The notes beneath the pieces are model-generated. The model was not told where the DNA came from and ran no database searches. It saw only the letters and a program-made list of their open reading frames with translations. Shown one piece after another: positions 28,748-38,891 of a DNA stretch of 64,000 bases (position 1 is the first letter of the stretch; each line of letters begins with the position of its first letter). Source of the stretch: an uncultured Planctomycetia bacterium (GTDB taxonomy: Bacteria > Omnitrophota > Gorgyraeia > 2-02-FULL-51-18). The translations under genes were made by a program, and so were the position numbers. The stretch is from contig CAYODQ010000003.1 in the NCBI GenBank assembly GCA_964402785.1, positions 9,034 through 73,033 of the forward strand, written 5' to 3'.

Positions 28748-29229
28748 CAGACTTTAACCCCTTCAATTTCCAGTAATTTAACTTTTGTTTTCAATCCACC
28801 GGCATAGCCGCCGAGCGTACCGTCATGCGCGATCACGCGATGACAAGGCACGATGATAGCATGCGGATTACATCCATTGGCAGTGCCCACAGCACGCATC
28901 GCTTTCGATCTCCGAATACGTCCGGCTATATCTTTGTATGAAGCGGTTTGGCCATAGGGTATGCGCCGAAGCTCGCTCCACACCCTTTTTTGAAAAGCAG
29001 TTCCTTGGGCCTCGAGCGGCACCGTGAATTTTTTTCGCTGACCATCAAAATACTCTTCCAATTCTGAAACTGCTCGCTGCAATATCCTCACATGAGCTTT
29101 TTGTGATCTAAGATCAGACACCATGGGCACGTTTTGTCTTTCCCAAAATATGCCCTCAAGTCCCGTATCCGATGCCACTAGGTACAGCGATCCTATTTTA
29201 GATCTCATCCGCCACTGCGCTTTCGTCAT
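28747..29229 (-). CDS. ogt: Methylated-DNA-protein-cysteine methyltransferase
   Basis: PCHRVI active-site motif. Confidence 0.85.
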   Translation of the reverse strand: MTKAQWRMRSKIGSLYLVASDTGLEGIFWERQNVPMVSDLRSQKAHVRILQRAVSELEEYFDGQRKKFTVPLEAQGTAFQKRVWSELRRIPYGQTASYKDIAGRIRRSKAMRAVGTANGCNPHAIIVPCHRVIAHDGTLGGYAGGLKTKVKLLEIEGVKV

Positions 29230-30107
29230 GGTGTCACCTCTATAAAATACCGTAGTGCTTTTTCGTTGATAGTTTTATCCTGCCTGAATCCCATATGCCC
29301 CAGATCGGCGCGTCGCACCCACTCTAGCACTTGGCCGCCATTTTTTGGAATAAGCTCATTGGCATACTCCATCTGCTCGCTCATGGTGGGCCCCCAACTT
29401 TCGTCTTTATCGCCGCTGTACAGGAAAAACTGTGCGCCCTTGAGAGGCGCTTCGCCCAGCTGGCCCAAAGCCAGCATCTTAAAGAACTCGTCAGGCTCGG
29501 CTCCGGGGCTCTTCGCTTCGATCTTGAAGTTACGCGGGATCCCTCCGGAATGTGAGATAAATATATCGATGATGCGCTCATTTTTTGCATCCAGATAGGC
29601 TACTTCATAGCTCACTGCCGAGCCGCGCGAAAATCCGATATACCCCACACGGCTGAGATCATTTCCCGTCTTTTTCTGAATAAAGCTCAGCGCTTGCAAA
29701 ATATCACCGTATAGCTCTTCCGCCTTGAAAAATCCTGTCTTCGGCTTATACCAATTCATGGCGACCACCATATAGTCATGTGTCCTGGCCATAGGGATCT
29801 CGTCCTTAAGCTCTTCGTAGGGATTGCCACCGGTCCCATGCACCGCGACCATGATACGGCCCGATGCATATCCCGGAGGTATGTAATAAGCGAAAAAATT
29901 ATTCTTTTCGGGCCATATCACGACCTGCGCGCCCTCTTGTTTGACCTTTTCAAAACTGCGCGAGCGCTTCCATATCATGAGTGGATCATGATCGGCCACA
30001 ACAGCCCGACCGACGGGGGCGGCCTCAGAGACTGCTGTGAAGATGAATGACAGCACTATAAAAACCAGTGATTTTTTTATCATATTCCTGAGACTATAAT
30101 ACCTCAA
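29226..30107 (-). CDS. Secreted alpha/beta-hydrolase (esterase-like)
   Basis: Signal peptide and a GFSRGS nucleophile elbow. Confidence 0.65.
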   Translation of the reverse strand: MRYYSLRNMIKKSLVFIVLSFIFTAVSEAAPVGRAVVADHDPLMIWKRSRSFEKVKQEGAQVVIWPEKNNFFAYYIPPGYASGRIMVAVHGTGGNPYEELKDEIPMARTHDYMVVAMNWYKPKTGFFKAEELYGDILQALSFIQKKTGNDLSRVGYIGFSRGSAVSYEVAYLDAKNERIIDIFISHSGGIPRNFKIEAKSPGAEPDEFFKMLALGQLGEAPLKGAQFFLYSGDKDESWGPTMSEQMEYANELIPKNGGQVLEWVRRADLGHMGFRQDKTINEKALRYFIEVTP

Positions 30108-30119
30108 ACCTCAGGTATA

Positions 30120-31280
30120 ATGTCCACCATGCTCTATCTGGCATGGTTTACTTTTCTGTATTGGCTGATCCGAGGGGCGGACCTCATCATAGGCACATTA
30201 TTTTGGGTGCCGCGCCTGCCTTGCGCGACAACGGGCCGGCAAGCCATGCATGGAAGCCCCAAAGTGAGCATCATTCTCGCTGCGCGCAATGAATCCAAAC
30301 ACCTTGGTGATGCTATTCAAAAGCTTCTCAAGCAGGATCATCCCAATTTCGAGATCATCGCCGTCAATGACCGCTCCGATGACGATACGCTATCTGTCCT
30401 GCAGGCGATCCCAGATCCGCGTCTTAAGATCGTCAACATCCAAACCCTGCCAAAAGGCTGGCTTGGCAAAACCCATGCTCTTTACCAAGCTTATCTGGTA
30501 TCGACGGGTGAGTGGCTGCTATTTACGGATGCCGATGTTAAATTTTCACCTGAGACGCTGACAGACTCACTCTATGCCATGTACGATCGCTCTCTGGATC
30601 ATCTGGCCATTTTTCCTAAAGTCGAGCTGTATACCTATCTCGAGACGATCTTCGTCGCCTATTTTTCGCTGACGTTTAACATGCGTTTTCGCACCTGGGC
30701 GGCACAGTTTCGCCGTTCGCGCGCGTACGTGGGTATCGGCGCCTTCAATCTTGTGCGCCGCTCGGCCTACGAAGCGATCGGGACTCACAGAACTATCGCA
30801 CTGGACATCGCCGATGACATGATGCTTGGAAAAAAAATAAAACAAGCTGGCTTCCGCCAAATGGGCATGAACGGTGCCAGCCACATCTCAGTGCGCTGGG
30901 TAGAAGGCGCTCGCGGCGTCATGAATAGCCTGCATAAGAATGGTTTCCGCGGGCTCGATTATAATTTACTGCATCTGATCGTGATCAGCTGCGGGATGCT
31001 TGTGGTCGACACACTTCCATTTGTTGGGCTCTTTTTCACCCAAGGAGATGTGTTTTATCTTTTTGTGGGAACTGTTATCTTCATCGGACTAGTTTACGCG
31101 GCAGGAGCTTTGTATATACCGGCCACCCTCTTGGCATATCCCGCTCACCCATTCGGAAGCCTGCTTTTTATGGCCATCCTTTGGCGCTCAGCGATCTCGG
31201 CTTTGAGCTCAGGCGGTGTTGGTTGGCGCGGAACTCACTACTCTCTCGACGAATTAAAGAAAAACTCTAAGCCGCTTTAA
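30120..31280 (+). CDS. Membrane-bound family-2 glycosyltransferase
   Basis: SIILAARNE...EIIAVNDRSDDDT GT2 N-terminus and C-terminal TM helices. Confidence 0.7.
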   Translation: MSTMLYLAWFTFLYWLIRGADLIIGTLFWVPRLPCATTGRQAMHGSPKVSIILAARNESKHLGDAIQKLLKQDHPNFEIIAVNDRSDDDTLSVLQAIPDPRLKIVNIQTLPKGWLGKTHALYQAYLVSTGEWLLFTDADVKFSPETLTDSLYAMYDRSLDHLAIFPKVELYTYLETIFVAYFSLTFNMRFRTWAAQFRRSRAYVGIGAFNLVRRSAYEAIGTHRTIALDIADDMMLGKKIKQAGFRQMGMNGASHISVRWVEGARGVMNSLHKNGFRGLDYNLLHLIVISCGMLVVDTLPFVGLFFTQGDVFYLFVGTVIFIGLVYAAGALYIPATLLAYPAHPFGSLLFMAILWRSAISALSSGGVGWRGTHYSLDELKKNSKPL

Positions 31281-32100
31281 AAGCGTTTTGTAATTTATGA
31301 TCGGCAAATCCTTGCGGCGCTTTCTGATCGCGCACATATAAAAATAGAGCTGTGCGGTAGATCTCGGTCAATGTTTGGATGACCCCCGCTCCCATGACGA
31401 GGAGAAATGACCCCACTCCTGCGCTGATCATGCGCATCTGATCATCTTGAAAAAAATACACACCGCCCGCGATCACCGCGATACCCGGGATAGAAGCAAT
31501 GAACCTAAACACAAACATACTGATATTGGCGACGATCTGATGCCCCCATGTCTTTCCCAAAAGTGATGATGAGCGCCCCATCGCTCCAAATGGATTGGCA
31601 TTTTCGATCATGATAAGCGGCAGCACAAAAAACGTGAGCACATGAAAGGCGCCCTGCACTGCCCCACCGAACATTTTCTGGATCTTACCTTTGCGCTTGA
31701 ACATACCTGTGATGGTCATGAGGCAGGCATACACCACCACCCATATCATCAGACTGGGCAGGCGCTTCAGCGCATCAAATATCCCGGTGAACACATTGGG
31801 ATTACCGCCCTGAAGCCGGCGTGCCGCTGAACCTACGATAGCTGCGTTGAAGAATTGCCCGATCAAATGATAAGCGAAGATCAACGCTCCGCCCGCAATA
31901 TACAGTTTTTGACGATCCCCCTGAAGATCCTGCCGCACAGACTCAAATCCATCCGGATACAATACGATGAAATTCTTGTACGCAAAATAGATCAGCCCCA
32001 GCTTGCAAGCCATGGCTAGCAAAAAGAAAAGCGTGATCTCCATGTCTTTTTTCAGGACATGCCAGGACGCGCCCAGCATCTCAAACGTATCACCAAACAT
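31267..32100 (-). CDS. Polytopic membrane protein, unknown function
   Basis: Hydrophobicity only. Confidence 0.45.
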   Translation of the reverse strand: MFGDTFEMLGASWHVLKKDMEITLFFLLAMACKLGLIYFAYKNFIVLYPDGFESVRQDLQGDRQKLYIAGGALIFAYHLIGQFFNAAIVGSAARRLQGGNPNVFTGIFDALKRLPSLMIWVVVYACLMTITGMFKRKGKIQKMFGGAVQGAFHVLTFFVLPLIMIENANPFGAMGRSSSLLGKTWGHQIVANISMFVFRFIASIPGIAVIAGGVYFFQDDQMRMISAGVGSFLLVMGAGVIQTLTEIYRTALFLYVRDQKAPQGFADHKLQNAFKAA

Positions 32101-32116
32101 AAAACTAACCTCCGAG

Positions 32117-32611
32117 TTATCGTTGCTCCCTCAAAACAATATCCAATTTATCACTGATCGATGCATTTGCTTCTCTTTTAAACTCTGAAATTTGCGTTTT
32201 ATATTTGTGGCCCGCTGCGATCAAGCACTCCATAGCATAGGTACGCACGATCACATCTGAGTCAGAAAGCATCTTGAGATAGCCGTTCACGTCTTCGGGG
32301 GTAAATCGCCGCCCTCCACGTTGCTCCATGATACGCTGCGCGCTGATGAGAGCCAATGTTTTCAAAACAGGAGACTTGTCCTGCACCAAATACATCTCTA
32401 GTGCTGGGCGCGCAGATGGCCCCAGCGCAGCGATCTGATCCACTATCGCAGACTGATTGGCCATCGAACCATCTTGTTCAAATGCCATAAATATGCGACC
32501 TACTTCTGTGTCTATTTTTTTATCGTCAGGGGGCTTGTTCGCGCAAGAGGTGGCCATCATGCACAAGACGGCCGCATATATTGAAATTTTTAAAGATGAT
32601 TTAATGAACAA
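32117..32611 (-). CDS. Lipoprotein with HEAT-like repeats
   Basis: Lipobox-like ...MATSC and helical repeats. Confidence 0.45.
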   Translation of the reverse strand: MFIKSSLKISIYAAVLCMMATSCANKPPDDKKIDTEVGRIFMAFEQDGSMANQSAIVDQIAALGPSARPALEMYLVQDKSPVLKTLALISAQRIMEQRGGRRFTPEDVNGYLKMLSDSDVIVRTYAMECLIAAGHKYKTQISEFKREANASISDKLDIVLREQR

Positions 32612-32966
32612 CTTGTAAATTAGGATATTGCATTTTTTGGTAGCGACGAAAATTCTCTATAGCTGAAAGGAATTCGCGGCTCTGCAAATTATTCTGAACC
32701 ACACTTTGGTCGGCGCCCTGCCACACGTCCTCGACCCATTTCATCGCTTCCTGATGGGCCTTATCGTCCATCTCCTGATCCCAACTTTTCTTTTTACGGC
32801 TATAGTCTCTTAAAACTTCATTGTAGCGGCGAGTGTACTCGTGCACCATGCATTCCGTGGCTTGATCAGAAAGCGCTGCCTTCTGAAGAGAAGCCAAACC
32901 TTCCAACGCATACGCTGGCGAAACAAACATCGTGGTAAATACTGCAAAAACGATCGCTTTTCTCAT
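32601..32966 (-). CDS. Secreted hypothetical protein
   Basis: Signal peptide MRKAIVFAVFTTMFVSPAYA. The start was placed at the internal Met. Confidence 0.4.
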   Translation of the reverse strand: MRKAIVFAVFTTMFVSPAYALEGLASLQKAALSDQATECMVHEYTRRYNEVLRDYSRKKKSWDQEMDDKAHQEAMKWVEDVWQGADQSVVQNNLQSREFLSAIENFRRYQKMQYPNLQVVH

Positions 32967-32998
32967 GCCGCGATTATACCACGGCAAAAAAAATTCCA

Positions 32999-33847
32999 TC
33001 AGTCGTCTAGCTCAGTGTCCCCCGAGCGTGTGGGCCTAAATGAAGTTACGGCCTCGGTCTCTTGGATGAACCTACATACGCGGTTGCGTCCTGTGCGTTT
33101 AGCCCTAAACAGCGCACGATCCGCGCGATCGATAAACCCCTCTGGTGAAACTTCATATGTTTTATCCAGCTCCCAAAGCCCGATGCTTACTGATAAATGC
33201 ATAGGATTTTTGAGCACCATGAACAGATGCTCCGATATGGCCACCCGCAGCCTCTCAGCCACAGCCTCGGCTCTCTCGGTGGAAGTCGCCGGCAAAATAG
33301 CCAAAAACTCATCCCCGCCGTAACGCCCTAAGATATCGATACGACGCAATTGGTGTTTCATGATCTCGCCGCATTCGCGCAACACCACATCGCCGGCCAG
33401 GTGCCCATGACGCTCATTGATCTCTTTGAAATTATCCACGTCGATCATCAACCCGCACAACGGCTGCCCGTGACGCCTAGCACGCTCGATTTCCAGCGAA
33501 AGCTCGCCAAATAAATGCCGGTGATTGTACAAACCGGTGAGATCATCGTGATTGGCAAGATCGCGCACGGACGTAAGTGTTTTGTTGAGAGCTTGCGCTC
33601 TTTCTGACAGATGATCACAAAGAAGACCCAGAACAAAACCCAATGCGCCAAAAAACAGAGGTGTTAGATAAAGCGTATAAAAATAAAAGAACGAATGCTT
33701 GGCTATCTCCTGCTGCATAGCAGCCTCGGTCCATCCGCCCGTTTGCACCACTCGCAAAACAAAAGCACCTACCGGCGCACCCAATCCAAGCAAAGCGCCA
33801 GCCACCATCCCCCAAAGCCGATACCGAAACTGATGTTTGAGCTGCAT
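32999..33847 (-). CDS. Membrane-anchored diguanylate cyclase (GGDEF)
   Basis: RYGGDEF motif and N-terminal TM helices. Confidence 0.85.
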   Translation of the reverse strand: MQLKHQFRYRLWGMVAGALLGLGAPVGAFVLRVVQTGGWTEAAMQQEIAKHSFFYFYTLYLTPLFFGALGFVLGLLCDHLSERAQALNKTLTSVRDLANHDDLTGLYNHRHLFGELSLEIERARRHGQPLCGLMIDVDNFKEINERHGHLAGDVVLRECGEIMKHQLRRIDILGRYGGDEFLAILPATSTERAEAVAERLRVAISEHLFMVLKNPMHLSVSIGLWELDKTYEVSPEGFIDRADRALFRAKRTGRNRVCRFIQETEAVTSFRPTRSGDTELDD

Positions 33848-33982
33848 GTTAGCGCCCTCACTTGTAACTTACGGTTACAGTTAAAGCGTATCACGGATAA
33901 CTTTTTTAGACTGTGACGCCTGTCACGAATACCAAATACGCTGGATTAAACCGGATGGATGAATTAAGGTGATAGGACTTGA

Positions 33983-34444
33983 TTAAGGTTTGTGAGATTT
34001 TTTGCCGGCTAATGGCCGTACAAGCCTCTCCGTCCAGTCTTCAATGAACTGAAAAAACGACAAAATAATAAGCGTCACCACGGACAATGTGACCGCCATC
34101 ATGTACCTTCCAAATCCAATAGACGCGCCGATAGCTGCCAGGATCCACACCACGGAAGCCGAGGTCATCCCCTGCACCGCCCCCTGGCGCGTCATGATCG
34201 CACCGGCACCTAAGAAACCAATTCCCGTGACCACTTGCCCAAGTACGCGCGTGGCATCCTTTTCGCCGCCCACGACGGTTTCTCCGAGATAAATAAAAGC
34301 CATCGTTCCAAGGCACACCAAAATACTCGTTCGAATATCGATCGGTTTTTTATGCCATTGACGCTCGGCACCAACCAGAAACCCGCATACGATCGAATAA
34401 GCAATTTTGATCAGAAGAATTTTTTCAAACTCACTCACGGACAA
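33983..34444 (-). CDS. MgtC/SapB-family membrane protein
   Basis: Characteristic MgtC N-domain pattern (LGQVVTGIGFLGAGAIM). Confidence 0.75.
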   Translation of the reverse strand: MSVSEFEKILLIKIAYSIVCGFLVGAERQWHKKPIDIRTSILVCLGTMAFIYLGETVVGGEKDATRVLGQVVTGIGFLGAGAIMTRQGAVQGMTSASVVWILAAIGASIGFGRYMMAVTLSVVTLIILSFFQFIEDWTERLVRPLAGKKSHKP

Positions 34445-34456
34445 CCTCCCTTTGTT

Positions 34457-34942
34457 TCAAGATCTTCTAATATTCTGAATCAGCTGATCCAATCCCTGAA
34501 GAAACCGAGAGCGGTCTTCTTTTGAAAACGGCGCCGGTCCACCCAAATTGTCCCCCGAGCCGCGCAGCACATGCAGCAGATCGCGAGTAGCGAGGATACT
34601 GCCAATATTCTGCTCGTCATAAATCTTCCCTTGTGATCCTATCACCTGCGCCCCTGTTTTTAAGCTGCGATGTACCAGCGGTATATCCGCTGTGACCACA
34701 ATATCGCCTTTGGCCAGATGCTCCACGATCCAGTCATCCGCCGCGTCAAAATTCCCCTCCACCACTTCTAATCTTGCACCCCATTCTTCGGGTAGCCGCA
34801 TCCAAGAGTTGGATACAAAGATCACTTCGAGCTTATACCGCTTGGCGACACGGATGACTTCCGGCTTCACCGGACAAGCATCCGCGTCGACGTAGATGAT
34901 CACTATTTTTTCATTAACTTCTGCACGCCTGCAGAAGCCCAA
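34457..34942 (-). CDS. UPF0178/YaiI (DUF188) protein
   Basis: IYVDADACP motif. Confidence 0.7.
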   Translation of the reverse strand: MGFCRRAEVNEKIVIIYVDADACPVKPEVIRVAKRYKLEVIFVSNSWMRLPEEWGARLEVVEGNFDAADDWIVEHLAKGDIVVTADIPLVHRSLKTGAQVIGSQGKIYDEQNIGSILATRDLLHVLRGSGDNLGGPAPFSKEDRSRFLQGLDQLIQNIRRS

Positions 34943-35085
34943 GAAATAGACGTATCAACCGCCGAGCCGACAATTTCCCCCACCGTTTTTGGCTTGGGTG
35001 CTGTGGCACATCCTGTAAGAAAACTCGTTAGCAAAATGATCGTCATTAATTTACTCATGGCGGGTATTATAACAGGTGGCACCTT

Positions 35086-35571
35086 TCATCGGTTGAGCCA
35101 CCACAAGGCTGCGTTCAGATACGACGCGAAGCTGACCCATAGAAGATAAGGCACCAGCAGGCATCCCGCTATTTTGTCGGTGCGTAAGGTCTTTGTTGTC
35201 AGCAGTACCAAGCACACCCAAAGAAGCACTATATCAACGAGACCCGCCAATGGCTGACGCATCCCAAAGAATAAAAATGACCATATTCCGTTCAGAAAAA
35301 GTTGCGCCACATACAACATTTTAAGCCGTCGTGTGTCCGAGCTCGCCGCACCCCAAATACGCCACCCCGCAACCGCTATAAAAATATAAAGCGTCGTCCA
35401 CACGGGCCCAAACACCCAGCTGGGCGGATTAAGCGGAGGCTTTTGAAGTCCCACATACCAGTCCTTGAGCGATGAGGCCGTGGACAGCCCTCCGGCAGCG
35501 CCTATCAATAAACACAGAAGCACAAAAATGAACAGGCTCACGAAGCGTCGAGTGGCCGGGGTTGTCATCAA
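35086..35571 (-). CDS. tspO: TspO/MBR tryptophan-rich sensory protein
   Basis: WYxxLxKPxxxPPxWVFGPVWTxLY signature. Confidence 0.85.
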   Translation of the reverse strand: MMTTPATRRFVSLFIFVLLCLLIGAAGGLSTASSLKDWYVGLQKPPLNPPSWVFGPVWTTLYIFIAVAGWRIWGAASSDTRRLKMLYVAQLFLNGIWSFLFFGMRQPLAGLVDIVLLWVCLVLLTTKTLRTDKIAGCLLVPYLLWVSFASYLNAALWWLNR

Positions 35572-35783
35572 TGCTTACGAAAAAATTTCAATATAAGAGT
35601 AAGAAGGACGCTGACAACGATGCAAGTCGTGATGGGGAAATAAAACGAGAAATTCTCGCGCTTGATGGCGATGTCCCCCGGCAGCCGGCCCAGCCAGGGC
35701 AGCAAATTGAAAGACACCACAACACCGACGGTAAAAACGACGAAACCCAAAGCCATTAGAAGTTTGCCGAATGAAGGGTCCAT
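35568..35783 (-). CDS. DUF2905-like small membrane protein
   Basis: MDPSFGKLLMALGFVVF...LPGDIAIKRENFSFYFPI. The longer ORF-track version overlaps the Old Yellow Enzyme gene. Confidence 0.55.
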   Translation of the reverse strand: MDPSFGKLLMALGFVVFTVGVVVSFNLLPWLGRLPGDIAIKRENFSFYFPITTCIVVSVLLTLILKFFRKH

Positions 35784-35790
35784 GGGGTGA

Positions 35791-36885
35791 TTACAGGCGG
35801 TATGCGTCCTCTGCTGCGAACGCATAGTCTGTGTACCCTTTATCGGTTCCGCCGTAAAATGTGCTTTCATCCCATGCATTGAGCGGCAAACCTGCCTCAA
35901 AGCGCTTGGGCAGATCCGGATTAGCCAGGAACAATTTGCCAAACACGATGAGATCCGCGCTGTTCTTTGCAAGTGCCGCCTCGGCTGTATCGCGTGTGTA
36001 GCCGCCACATGTCAGAAAGGCTCCCTTGAAACATTTACGAAGCTCGGCGGTATCGACCACCTTGGCGCCATGCCGGATATCTGACTCATCCGGTTCGACG
36101 ACATGAAGATAGCTTAGCCCCAGCTCGGATATCTTTTGCGTAAAATAATTAAAATGCGCCTGCGGATCGGAGTCGCTCATAGAATTGAATGTACCGCTGG
36201 GCGAAAAACGCAGCCCCACACGATCCTTCCCCATCACATCTGAAACCGCTTTGGCCACTTCCAATAGAAGCCGTGCGCGGTTTTCAACCGAACCGCCGTA
36301 CATATCCGTGCGCTGATTGACCCCATCCCTCAAAAATTGATCGATGAGATAGCCATTGGCTCCGTGTATCTCGACGCCGTCAAATCCCGCAGCCTTGGCT
36401 CGCCTTGTACCCTCAGCAAAAAGAGCCGGGATAGCCTGCGTCTCCTCGGTCGTGAGTGCTCGCGGTGTCTCGTAGGCTTGCATGCCCGTAGGCGTGTACA
36501 GCTGCCCCGGTATCGCCACTGCCGATGCAGAGACGGGAAGCTCTCCGCCAAGATACGATGAATGTGACACGCGTCCGCAATGCCAAAGCTGCAAATAAAT
36601 CAGCCCGCCGGAGGCGTGCACGACGTCGGTTATCTTGCGCCAGGCCGCCACCTGCGCGTCATTGTATATACCCGGAGTTGCCGGATACCCCACACCCTTG
36701 GCCGTGACGACCGTAGCCTCCGTGATGATAAGCCCCGCCCCCGCCCTTTGTTTGTAGTAGGTGGTCATCATCGGTGTCGGCACACGCGTAGCCATATCCG
36801 CCCGACAACGCGTCAAAGGCGCCATCACAAGACGATTTTTGAGAGTATGTGGCCCTAATCGAAAAGAACTTAAAAGTAATGACAT
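35791..36885 (-). CDS. Old Yellow Enzyme-family NADH:flavin oxidoreductase (alkene reductase)
   Basis: OYE TIM-barrel motifs (HGANGYL, LNxRTDxYGGS). Confidence 0.85.
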   Translation of the reverse strand: MSLLLSSFRLGPHTLKNRLVMAPLTRCRADMATRVPTPMMTTYYKQRAGAGLIITEATVVTAKGVGYPATPGIYNDAQVAAWRKITDVVHASGGLIYLQLWHCGRVSHSSYLGGELPVSASAVAIPGQLYTPTGMQAYETPRALTTEETQAIPALFAEGTRRAKAAGFDGVEIHGANGYLIDQFLRDGVNQRTDMYGGSVENRARLLLEVAKAVSDVMGKDRVGLRFSPSGTFNSMSDSDPQAHFNYFTQKISELGLSYLHVVEPDESDIRHGAKVVDTAELRKCFKGAFLTCGGYTRDTAEAALAKNSADLIVFGKLFLANPDLPKRFEAGLPLNAWDESTFYGGTDKGYTDYAFAAEDAYRL

Positions 36886-37176
36886 GGCAGCTCCTGGTTG
36901 AGGGGGTTATTGTAACATGTCAGCTATAACCCAAGAAGCCGGGCGGCGGGTCCTGTAATCGTGCTGAGTTCGGGGTCCTGCCGCTGCGCCAGCTCGTCCG
37001 CCTATGCGGCGGCCAAGCGCTCTGGCTCCGCGTCACCCCTCACCTCGTCCAAATCCTCGCACAACATGGTCCGGTGCCACCTGCTGCTTGGGTTAAATCT
37101 GAAAAAAATCGCTAACGTGTCCCTTTGGGACGGGGTACGGTATTCGACGGACTGCGTCCGGTATGCGGTATGATAG

Positions 37177-38004
37177 CTAATTCGAAACACCATTCTCAAT
37201 ATATATTTGAAAGTTCGTCACCAATAACTCTAAAAAACTCTCTCTTCTTGCTGGATCTGCAGCAATCCCACTAAACCTCGAGATTTCGTTTTTATAGAAC
37301 TGACCATCATAAAGTTCCTTTATCATAGGATGAGCTGCATTACTTACTATGACGTACGCTCCCCTATTACTCAAGCTGGCGGCATATTTAGATAGTCGTA
37401 ATTCATCGATCTGCGAAAACAGCTTTGAGTTATACTTAATAAACCCATTTTTTAAATGGCTTGTCACATAAGGTGGATCAAAATAGACCAAGTCCTCCTT
37501 CTGTGCATCTTTAACGACATCTTCGAAGTCTGCGCAGACGATTTTTGAATTCTTTAGTAATCGACTTGCTTGTCGTAGATGTTCCTCCTGATATACCAGC
37601 TTATCCTTTGTGAGGTTACCGCTAGGCACATTAAAATTTCCTTTATTATTCACTCTATAGAGGCCATTCCAGCAGGTTTTGTTCAAATATATGAAGTATG
37701 CCGCGCGCTTTATGTAGTCTGCTTTCGAGTAGCTATGATCTCTAATTTTATAATATGTGTCTTTATCAACTTGTAGTCTCTTTAGAATTTTTATAACGGT
37801 GTCACAGTGTCTCTTCACCTGCTTATAACAATTGATGAGATCGGGATTCGTATCAGATAGGACTGATTTGGGGGGTTCTAATGCAAAAAATAGACAGCCA
37901 CTGCCTACAAACGGCTCGTAATAGGTCTTATATTCTGGTAGGCGATCCTTAATTAAAGGTGTTAACCATCTCTTTCCGCCTGCCCACTTAAGAAATGATA
38001 GCAT
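37177..38004 (-). CDS. Dam-family N6-adenine DNA methyltransferase
   Basis: LKWAGGKR...FVGSG (motif I) and DPPY (motif IV). Confidence 0.85.
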   Translation of the reverse strand: MLSFLKWAGGKRWLTPLIKDRLPEYKTYYEPFVGSGCLFFALEPPKSVLSDTNPDLINCYKQVKRHCDTVIKILKRLQVDKDTYYKIRDHSYSKADYIKRAAYFIYLNKTCWNGLYRVNNKGNFNVPSGNLTKDKLVYQEEHLRQASRLLKNSKIVCADFEDVVKDAQKEDLVYFDPPYVTSHLKNGFIKYNSKLFSQIDELRLSKYAASLSNRGAYVIVSNAAHPMIKELYDGQFYKNEISRFSGIAADPARRESFLELLVTNFQIYIENGVSN

Positions 38005-38891
38005 TAGAGCTTAATAACCATTTTCTGCCGCGCCCTATAATCTGTTACTGCATCTTCTGATTTTATAGAAGAAACCATATCCGATATTTGTGCAAAAGCC
38101 TCAGCCGAAACCAATCGTCGTAATCGCGCTCTTTCGCTGTCGCCCTTTTTGTTAATTAATGAATAAAATAAATTGTATAATGTTTTGAATTCCGTGTTTC
38201 CGGATATCGATTCCTCCGGCCCTATAGCTCTGTACAATCTAATATTATCCTTGGTAGTTAAGGCAATGCACATATTTGAAAATGCGGTTAATTCGCGCTC
38301 GTTTATTGATGCGCGGAAAAAGTCACGAGATACAGCATCCGGTTGATTTATCGTTTCGTATAAACTGTTCATAAAAGATCGTATGCATTTAATTATAGAC
38401 CCAAACTCCTTTAGATGCTTTGATTTGTCTAAGGCCTTTCCGAGTCTTCCATGAGAGTGCTTCTGTTTAACATTGTGAATATACTCCCTAAATTTTCTTG
38501 GGGAATCTGTTCTGGCGTGGCCATATATCTGCTCCAAGGCCTCATGTGGCAATTGCTTCCTAACTTTCTGCGCTGGGTCAATGAGGGGAAGTATCTCTGT
38601 TAAATAACTTAGTGATCTAATGCCTCCAACATCACGTAAAATATCATCTCTGGACTTCCAAATTGACCTTATCTTATAGCTTCGAAATATAGTAGGCCTC
38701 TTTATTAAGCCTCTGGTTTCTTCTTGCACTGCCCAACCTAATTGATGTGGCTTTTTTACACCCATTTGGAAAAGCTTGTCACCTATTTGCCACAAAGTTT
38801 CGACCTTAGTCCGCGTCGATGACCGGGGATCTCGATAATAATTATTCAAACTTGCAATCTGCGCTATGACATCTTTGGTATTTTTAGTCAT
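38004..38891 (-). CDS. Hypothetical protein (295 aa), operonic between the GHKL ATPase and the methyltransferase
   Basis: No recognisable motif. Its start/stop abuts or overlaps its neighbours. Confidence 0.5.
   Translation of the reverse strand: MTKNTKDVIAQIASLNNYYRDPRSSTRTKVETLWQIGDKLFQMGVKKPHQLGWAVQEETRGLIKRPTIFRSYKIRSIWKSRDDILRDVGGIRSLSYLTEILPLIDPAQKVRKQLPHEALEQIYGHARTDSPRKFREYIHNVKQKHSHGRLGKALDKSKHLKEFGSIIKCIRSFMNSLYETINQPDAVSRDFFRASINERELTAFSNMCIALTTKDNIRLYRAIGPEESISGNTEFKTLYNLFYSLINKKGDSERARLRRLVSAEAFAQISDMVSSIKSEDAVTDYRARQKMVIKL

Noticed and set aside
35784-36008. N-terminal extension of the DUF2905 ORF
   Set aside because: It overlaps the Old Yellow Enzyme gene on the same strand. 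Only the C-terminal 71 aa look like a membrane mini-protein.
36961-37199. ORFs 36961..37173(+) and 37002..37199(-) in the GC-rich spacer
   Set aside because: They are mutually overlapping, Ser/Ala/Arg-rich, and have no RBS. Treated as non-coding.
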